Shown here one piece after another: positions 57,714 to 64,000 of a DNA stretch of 64,000 nt. The notes below the pieces were generated by a model. That model worked only from the letters and a program-made list of their open reading frames with translations. It did no database searches and was not told where the DNA came from. A program made the translations under genes and the position numbers. The first letter of the stretch is position 1. Each line of letters opens with the position of its first letter. Source of the DNA: Candidatus Woesebacteria bacterium (lineage in GTDB: Bacteria; Patescibacteriota; Microgenomatia; UBA8517); the NCBI GenBank assembly GCA_013374855.1, contig CP055308.1, forward strand, positions 532,071 through 596,070, in the 5' to 3' direction.

Positions 57714-58391
57714 TTACTGGCTTAATATTATTCGTACCATTGTTTTAATCCCATTAACCAAGTTTTGTTTTTGTTTTTTTGATTTTGAATATTCTGTATA
57801 GAAGACATCTATTGGTATTTCTGTATATTTTAGTTTGTTTCTTGCGATTTCTCTTATTACTTCACTATCAAATTCATAACGATCCATTTTTAAGTCAAGA
57901 AGTTTTAAAGCCTTTTTACTGTATGCGCGAAAACCAGATTGGGAATCTGAGACCATTATCCCATAAACCAAAAAAATAAGAACGTTGGCAAACTTATTAG
58001 CAAGTTTGTTGAAAGTTGGTATTTTGTTTTTCTTCTTCTTGAATCTTGTTCCCATCACTACATCAAAACCTTCTTCTATTTTTTTGACCATTTTTTTGAT
58101 TTCTTTTGGGTTATTTTGTCCGTCGCCGTCTATTGTTACTACAATATCGGCGTCTTTTGTTTTTGCAAACTCAAGACCTGTTTTGACAGCTGCTCCTTTA
58201 CCTCGATTTATAACGTGCCTTAGTACAAAAACTTTTTCTTCTTTTGCTTTCTGTAGCGTATTATCTGTTGACCCGTCATCAACTAAAATAATATTTTTCC
58301 AGCCCTCATTTTTAATGTCTTTTATTACCTTTTTGATTACCTTTTCTTCGTTATAGCAGGGGATAACAATAAACACCTTTTTGCTTGCCAT
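57714..58391 (-). CDS. GT2 polyprenol-phosphate glycosyltransferase (DPM1/GtrB-like)
   Basis: VFIVIPCYNEEKVIKKVIKDI..ILVDDGSTDNT...VTIDGDGQN...SGFRAY. Confidence 0.75.
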   Translation of the reverse strand: MASKKVFIVIPCYNEEKVIKKVIKDIKNEGWKNIILVDDGSTDNTLQKAKEEKVFVLRHVINRGKGAAVKTGLEFAKTKDADIVVTIDGDGQNNPKEIKKMVKKIEEGFDVVMGTRFKKKKNKIPTFNKLANKFANVLIFLVYGIMVSDSQSGFRAYSKKALKLLDLKMDRYEFDSEVIREIARNKLKYTEIPIDVFYTEYSKSKKQKQNLVNGIKTMVRIILSQ

Positions 58392-58445
58392 AGCAGTATT
58401 TTATCAGATTTATGGCCTTTTTGTGGTATAATTGAGGATACTAAG

Positions 58446-58739
58446 ATGTCTGTTTCTCTTTTAGCTTTCAAAAAACTCTTTTGGGATGTTGATTTTTCTA
58501 AAATTGATCCTGTTAAAAATAAGCGGTTTGTTATTGAAAGAGTGCTTGAATATGGCGACCTTTCCCATTTTAAAAAGCTAAAAGAGGTTTATTCTCTTGA
58601 TGACATAAAGGAAGTTCTTAAAAACTCAAGAACAATATCGTTTAAAACTGCCAACTTTTATGCTTTAATATTGCATGTTCCCAGAAAGGATATTTTATGT
58701 TTGAGAAAGCCATTGATACAAAAACAAGACAGGTTTTAA
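58446..58739 (+). CDS. Small hypothetical protein, putative partner (antitoxin) of the downstream nucleotidyltransferase
   Basis: It is 97 aa and overlaps the downstream gene by 43 nt. It has no recognizable motif. Confidence 0.3.
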   Translation: MSVSLLAFKKLFWDVDFSKIDPVKNKRFVIERVLEYGDLSHFKKLKEVYSLDDIKEVLKNSRTISFKTANFYALILHVPRKDILCLRKPLIQKQDRF

Positions 58740-59311
58740 GAAAAATAAAAGAAACTGGGGTGTTGGATAATTTTTATCTTGCCGGAGGTACTGCTCTTTC
58801 TTTAATTTTGGGACACAGAAAGTCTATTGACCTTGATTTCTTTTCTTCCAAATTTCCAAAGATTGAGATATTGCTTGCCAAGTTAAAGCCTCTTGTGCCT
58901 GAGATTATTAATCAAGATAAAGGGACGCTTGATTTGTATATAGATGGTGTGAAGGTGAGTTTTTTGAGATATGATTATCCTTTAATTGGAGATTTATTAG
59001 AGTTTGATGGGGTGAGGATTGCTTCGATTTTTGATATTGCTTGTATGAAGCTTTCTGCAATATCCTCTCGTGGATCAAAAAAGGATTTTGTTGACCTTTA
59101 TTTTATTCTTAAAGATAAAGGGTTTGGTAGACTTCTTTCTCTTTTTCAGAAAAAATTTAAAGGCGTTGACTATCAGATGACCCACATCTTAAAGTCTCTT
59201 GTTTATTTTAAGGATGCGGAACAAGACCCAGATCCTGTTTTTTTGGTTCCTTTTGACTGGAAGAAAGCAAAGGAAAGATTAAAAAAGGAAGTTCTTTCTT
59301 ATGTTTTATAG
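58697..59311 (+). CDS. Nucleotidyltransferase, AbiEii/AbiGii-like (DUF1814-type), short form
   Basis: FYLAGGTALSLILGHRKSIDLDFFS is a GGTAL...R.S.DLDF motif. Confidence 0.55.
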   Translation: MFEKAIDTKTRQVLRKIKETGVLDNFYLAGGTALSLILGHRKSIDLDFFSSKFPKIEILLAKLKPLVPEIINQDKGTLDLYIDGVKVSFLRYDYPLIGDLLEFDGVRIASIFDIACMKLSAISSRGSKKDFVDLYFILKDKGFGRLLSLFQKKFKGVDYQMTHILKSLVYFKDAEQDPDPVFLVPFDWKKAKERLKKEVLSYVL

Positions 59312-59315
59312 AAAG

Positions 59316-61025
59316 CTAAAGAGGCAAGTTTATCCAATTTAAACAAAAGTCTTCATGTTTTAATTTTTCTATTTCGTAAAGTCTGACTGTGTGGAATCTT
59401 CTGTAGGTTTCTTTACTGTATTCTTTGCAGATTTGACTGTTGTATATTTTGAAGATGGTTCCAGAATCCTTTTGGTCTGTTATATTGAAAGATTGTTTTT
59501 CTTTAATTTCGCACCCTGTATCCTGATTAATAGCCAATATTTGATCAGTGTTAATTTTTGTGGGGCAGATGTTGGTTATTTCTATATTGCCAAGATTGTA
59601 TTTAACAAGCCCTTCGGTGTATGGCAGTTCTTGTTTTTCTAAGATTTGTTTCTGAGTATTATTTTCAGACATTGTTACAAACCTAAGATAAGTTGATCTT
59701 GGGCGGTTGGTTACAACAGTAACTTTTTGAGTATCTTCTGCGTAGGAAAGATATTTGAAAAGAACACGCTCTCCCAGCCAATAGTTTTCTTGGTTTGTAA
59801 TTGGAAATCTTGCAAAGTAAAAATTGAGGAAATTGGCAAAGATTATAGCGTAGATGATAATTATCAGATAGTTTATTACCTTTTTATTAAGACTTATTAT
59901 TTCGTTTATTCCAACTGAGATGATTATTAAAAATAAGGGCAAAATTAAAAATGATCTGTTGATAACAGATGTTTCGACACGGCTTATTGCAGTTGGAAAG
60001 GGGGCAACAAGAATAAGTGAGGCAAGAAGGAAAAACTTTGCTTTATCCTTTTTATAGATAGCAACAAGACCAAGAATCAGAAAGATAATATCTATTATGT
60101 AAAACAATCCGTGGTCACCGAAACGGTATGTTGTCCTTTTGTCACCGCTTATTGTCAGGGTTTCAGGAGAAAATGCATCTAAATAATTTTTAATAAAAAT
60201 TTTGACTGTTTCTGTTGCTTTGTTGACAAAAAGATTATTTAATGGAAATTGAATTTCCTGCCTTCTTTTATTGTCTACTATTTGACTTATATATTGATTA
60301 TCAAAAATAAGATCAGTTTTTCTTGAATTCAAAATTGACCCTTCTGTGTTTGTACTTATTAACCAAAATATTGCCACTATTGCAAGCGATGAAAATATAA
60401 TAGCCAACTGGTATTTTTTGGTTTGTTTGTTTTGGTATAGATTATATATGACAAGAATTAAAACAATGGGTAGAAATATAAATTTTGCGGCGTGATACGA
60501 AAAAAAACCAAGTACTAGAAACAAAGATGAGAGGGTTGTATTTTTCTTATTTGACTTGCTTAGTAGTAAGTAAATTCCAAGCATATAAAAGAGAAAAGCA
60601 AAAGGTGCTTCAACAGCTGTTCTTGAATAGTAAAAGTTCCAAGGGTTAATTAAGAAAAGAAATGAACTGATTAGTGCTATTCTTTTTGAAAATAATTTTT
60701 TGGTAATCAGGTAAAGAGGAATCAACGTTACCAGGTTTATTATAACAAAAACTATTCTTATATTTGCTTGATTTAGTGGAATTACACTAAAGATTGGAGA
60801 AAGCAAAAGAGGTGGTATTGCGCTTATTATTCCGTCAGTTTGAGTCTTAAATAAAGATAGGGGAAATGAATATCCGGAAACATCTTTGCCAACCAGTGCA
60901 TAAGTTTTTGCGCTTATTGCATATTCAATCTCATCGTTTGAGAGACCTACAGGAAACTTATCAACAAAGACAAACCTTGTTGTCAAAAGAAAAATTAAAG
61001 CTAGAATTATGATTGGTTTGCGCAC
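59316..61025 (-). CDS. GT-C family membrane glycosyltransferase (PMT_2/ArnT-like) with a C-terminal soluble domain
   Basis: GLSNDEIEYAISAKTYALVGKDVSGYSFPL carries the DE motif. It has about 12 TM segments. Confidence 0.5.
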   Translation of the reverse strand: MRKPIIILALIFLLTTRFVFVDKFPVGLSNDEIEYAISAKTYALVGKDVSGYSFPLSLFKTQTDGIISAIPPLLLSPIFSVIPLNQANIRIVFVIINLVTLIPLYLITKKLFSKRIALISSFLFLINPWNFYYSRTAVEAPFAFLFYMLGIYLLLSKSNKKNTTLSSLFLVLGFFSYHAAKFIFLPIVLILVIYNLYQNKQTKKYQLAIIFSSLAIVAIFWLISTNTEGSILNSRKTDLIFDNQYISQIVDNKRRQEIQFPLNNLFVNKATETVKIFIKNYLDAFSPETLTISGDKRTTYRFGDHGLFYIIDIIFLILGLVAIYKKDKAKFFLLASLILVAPFPTAISRVETSVINRSFLILPLFLIIISVGINEIISLNKKVINYLIIIIYAIIFANFLNFYFARFPITNQENYWLGERVLFKYLSYAEDTQKVTVVTNRPRSTYLRFVTMSENNTQKQILEKQELPYTEGLVKYNLGNIEITNICPTKINTDQILAINQDTGCEIKEKQSFNITDQKDSGTIFKIYNSQICKEYSKETYRRFHTVRLYEIEKLKHEDFCLNWINLPL

Positions 61026-61075
61026 ACTAGTTTATTTTATCATTTGTTATGAGATAATATTGATAAGTTTTAAAT

Positions 61076-62164
61076 ATGCGTATAGGAATAGATATTTCAC
61101 AGATTGTTTATAGAACTGGTGTTTCTACATACACTGAAAATTTAGTTAAGTCTTTGTTTGAGATAGACAAAGAAAATCAATATGTTTTGTTTGGAGGCTC
61201 TTTAAGGAGAAGGGAAGGTCTTTTGACTTTTGCCAGAGAACTTGATTATAAATATAAGGCTCGTGTTCAAAGCCGTCTTTTTCGTTTCCCACCGACTCTG
61301 CTTGATCTTTTATGGAATAGGCTTCATATAATTCCTGTTGAGAGATTTATTGGTAGAGTTAATGTATTTCATTCTTCTGATTGGGTACAGCCTCCAAGTT
61401 ATTCTTTTCGTGTTACGACAATTCATGATCTTTCCCCTTTAAGGTTTCCCAAACTTACTCACCCCAAAATAGTTGAGGTTACTCAAAGAAGATTAAAGTG
61501 GGTAAAAAAGGAAGTTGATAGGGTTATAGTTCCAAGCCATGCGACTTATGAGGATTTGCTTATTCTTGGTTTTAAGAAGTCAAAAATAAGAATTATTCCG
61601 GAAGCAGCTGATGATTATTTTAAGCCAGCTTCTCTGAAAGATCAGGCAATTGTGAAGAAGAAATACAAGCTGGATGATTTTATTTTAGCAGTAGGTACAA
61701 ATAAAAGGAAGAATTTAGATAGAATTATTTCGGCTTTTGACTTGGCAAGGGCTGGTAAAGGTTTTAAGTTGGTTGTTGTGGGCGAGAAAACAGAAGGCTT
61801 GGAAGAAAGGAGAGGAATTGTTTACACAGGACATATCTCAAAGGAAGATTTGAGGAGGCTTTACAGTGCTGCGCTTTGTTTGGTTTACCCCTCTTTGTAT
61901 GAAGGATTTGGCTTGCCAATCTTGGAGGCTTTTGCTTGTAATTGTCCTGTGGTTACTTCAAACTTATCAAGTTTGCCTGAAGTGGCAGGGAAAGCTGCTA
62001 TTATGGTTGATCCTTTTAGTGTTAATTCAATAGCGGAGGGGATTAGTAAAGCTATAAAAAGAAGAAAAGGTTTAATCAGAGCGGGCAAGAAGAGGCTTTC
62101 TTATTTTTCTTGGGAAAGGACGGCTTTATTAACGCTTAGTGTCTATCGGGAGAGTTTATTATGA
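61076..62164 (+). CDS. GT4 glycosyltransferase
   Basis: VYPSLYEGFGLPILEAFACNCPVVTSNLSSLPEV. Confidence 0.7.
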   Translation: MRIGIDISQIVYRTGVSTYTENLVKSLFEIDKENQYVLFGGSLRRREGLLTFARELDYKYKARVQSRLFRFPPTLLDLLWNRLHIIPVERFIGRVNVFHSSDWVQPPSYSFRVTTIHDLSPLRFPKLTHPKIVEVTQRRLKWVKKEVDRVIVPSHATYEDLLILGFKKSKIRIIPEAADDYFKPASLKDQAIVKKKYKLDDFILAVGTNKRKNLDRIISAFDLARAGKGFKLVVVGEKTEGLEERRGIVYTGHISKEDLRRLYSAALCLVYPSLYEGFGLPILEAFACNCPVVTSNLSSLPEVAGKAAIMVDPFSVNSIAEGISKAIKRRKGLIRAGKKRLSYFSWERTALLTLSVYRESLL

Positions 62165-63318
62165 AAAGAGTGAGAGTAATAGGGATTGATGGAAATGAAG
62201 CAAATGTTAAAAGTAGGGTGGGAGTTAATGTTTATGCCTTTAATTTGCTTTGGAATATATATAAACTACAGGATAAAGTTTCTACAAACTATAGGTTTAT
62301 AGTTTATCTTTCGTCTCTACCCCTTGATGATATGCCCACAGAGAAACCTGGCTTTTGGGAATACAAAATCCTTGAGGGTGGTGGTCTTTGGATACTAAAG
62401 AAACTCACTCCTTATTTGTTGTTTAACAAGGACGAACTTGATCTTTTCTTTACTCCTAGTCATTATACACCCCCGTTGTCAAGAGTGCCGGTGGTTTGTT
62501 CAATTATGGATTTAGGATATTTGGAATTTTCGGAACAATTTGAAAAAAAAGTGTTTTGGCAGTTGAAGTATTGGAGTGCTACCTCCATTTTTGTATCAAA
62601 AGGTATCATTGCTATATCAGAAGAGACAGCTCGTGATATTTTACGACATTACCCTTTTGCTTCTGGAAAAATTGAAGTTACTTATCCTGGTTATGATAAA
62701 GAGAAGTTTTATTTTCCATACCCGCAAAATCTTGTGCGACAAGTGAAAAGAAAGTATAAAATTGGTAAAAACTATATCCTCTATCTTGGGACATTAAAAC
62801 CAAGTAAGAATATTGAGGGAATAATTGATGCCTTTAACATAGTAAAAAATGAATCTACTGATTTTCAACTTGTGATAGCTGGCAAGAAAGGTTGGCTTTT
62901 TGATGGGATTTTCCAAAAAGTGAAAAGTTTGGGGCTTGAAAAACAGGTTGTTTTTACTGATTTTGTGAGTGAGGAAGACAAACCTGCTTTAATGGCTGGG
63001 GCTTCTGTTTTTGTTTCTCCGTCTTTTTGGGAGGGATTTGGTTTAATTGCGATTGAGTCAATGGCTGTAGGAACACCGGTTGTAGTCTCAGATAGAGGAA
63101 GCTTCCCTGAAGTTGTGAACGGGGCTGGAATTTTGGTTGATCCTGAAGATTATTGTGATATTGCAAATGGAATTAAAAAAGTAATCACAATGGAAATTAA
63201 AGAGTATAATAGGTTGGTGAAGGAGGGATTAAAAAGGGCTAGTCTTTTTTCTTGGGAAAAAACAGCTTGGAAAACACTTTTGTTTTTTGAGAAGATTATA
63301 GAATATAAAAAAAGATGA
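62161..63318 (+). CDS. GT4 glycosyltransferase
   Basis: VFVSPSFWEGFGLIAIESMAVGTPVVVSDRGSFPEV. It has an ATGA overlap with the upstream gene. Confidence 0.7.
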   Translation: MKRVRVIGIDGNEANVKSRVGVNVYAFNLLWNIYKLQDKVSTNYRFIVYLSSLPLDDMPTEKPGFWEYKILEGGGLWILKKLTPYLLFNKDELDLFFTPSHYTPPLSRVPVVCSIMDLGYLEFSEQFEKKVFWQLKYWSATSIFVSKGIIAISEETARDILRHYPFASGKIEVTYPGYDKEKFYFPYPQNLVRQVKRKYKIGKNYILYLGTLKPSKNIEGIIDAFNIVKNESTDFQLVIAGKKGWLFDGIFQKVKSLGLEKQVVFTDFVSEEDKPALMAGASVFVSPSFWEGFGLIAIESMAVGTPVVVSDRGSFPEVVNGAGILVDPEDYCDIANGIKKVITMEIKEYNRLVKEGLKRASLFSWEKTAWKTLLFFEKIIEYKKR

Positions 63319-63920
63319 GAAGTTTTTTTAAAGACAAGCACGGAAAGCAATTAAGCTGGGAGGAAGCTTTAAAGAAAATAAAAAATCGTTTCTTTAATTA
63401 TCTCCTTGATTTTGAACTTATGCTTCTTCGCTGGGTGGGGCATATTCCAAGTCATATAGTGCGTAAGTTTTTTTACAGACTAAGTGGTGTGAAAATTGGT
63501 AAGGGATCGACTATTCACATGTGGGCAAGTTTTTTTGATCCGAGAAATATTGTAATTGGGGAAGATACAATAATTGGGGATCATGCATTTTTAGATGGTA
63601 GGGAAAAGATAGAAATAGGAAATCACACCGATATTGCATCTTCTGTTATGATTTACAACAGTGAACACGATTTGTCAGATGAAGAATTTAAAGCAATAAA
63701 TGCGCCAGTTAGGATAGGTGATTATTGTTTTATTGGCCCGCGAGCGATAATTTTGCCTGGGGTAAACATAGGAAAGGGAGCAGTTGTGGCTGCGGGCGCA
63801 GTTGTGACAAAGGATGTGGCTGATTTTCAGATAGTTGGAGGAGTGCCTGCAAAACCCATAGGGGAGAGGAAAAATAGAAATCCCAATTATAAGCTTGGTC
63901 GAGCTAGACTTTTTCAATAA
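63315..63920 (+). CDS. Left-handed beta-helix (hexapeptide-repeat) sugar O-acetyltransferase (WbbJ/MAT-like)
   Basis: IGNHTDIASSVMIY...IGDYCFIGPRAIILPGVNIGKGAVVAAGAVVTKDVADFQIVGGVPAKPIGER. Confidence 0.75.
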   Translation: MRSFFKDKHGKQLSWEEALKKIKNRFFNYLLDFELMLLRWVGHIPSHIVRKFFYRLSGVKIGKGSTIHMWASFFDPRNIVIGEDTIIGDHAFLDGREKIEIGNHTDIASSVMIYNSEHDLSDEEFKAINAPVRIGDYCFIGPRAIILPGVNIGKGAVVAAGAVVTKDVADFQIVGGVPAKPIGERKNRNPNYKLGRARLFQ

Positions 63921-64000
63921 TGGTTTTTAAAATGACAAGGCTTGTGTTTTTTTCTTTTTCTTTTCTATTCTTTTTTTATTTAGTTTGGCCTTTTGAGCCA

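Overview
The window is AT-rich (about one-third GC), densely coding, and uses TGA as a stop codon. It reads like a Candidate Phyla Radiation / Patescibacteria-type genome, but that is an inference from composition and gene content. Almost the entire 64 kb is one cell-surface glycosylation mega-island. It holds about 12 GT2 and 7 GT4 glycosyltransferases, including four DPM1/GtrB-like polyprenol-phosphate sugar synthases and three WaaE/KdtX-like enzymes. It also holds about 20 large polytopic GT-C-like membrane proteins in several paralog groups: a four-member family carrying RWxPD...YGYGxP.FNFY / YAPYRAxDVYVRG / FQFPWRF motifs, ArnT/PMT-like DE-motif proteins, three DUF2029/GT87-like proteins and one PIG-V-like protein. 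Two Wzx-like flippases, GDP-mannose 4,6-dehydratase (gmd), an SDR, an FkbM-family methyltransferase and a hexapeptide acetyltransferase complete it. Most genes lie on the + strand with 1-4 nt ATGA/TAATG overlaps, so the 465-22814 run is effectively one operon of about 22 kb. Non-glycan features are embedded in the island. There is an IS200/IS605-type Y1 (REP-associated, RAYT-like) tyrosine transposase flanked by a 25-bp palindromic REP-like repeat. The same repeat occurs at five sites in the window, and two copies sit in frame inside CDSs. There are two AbiEii-type nucleotidyltransferase toxin loci, one with an AbiEi-like partner. There is an orphan XRE-family HTH gene with an operator palindrome over its -35, and a pair of divergent paralogous small proteins. 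A coiled-coil gene is flanked by a 26-bp direct repeat. I found no rRNA, tRNA or CRISPR array. Protein-family calls are from motif recognition only, without database searches, and my line-counted coordinates may be off by 1-2 nt.
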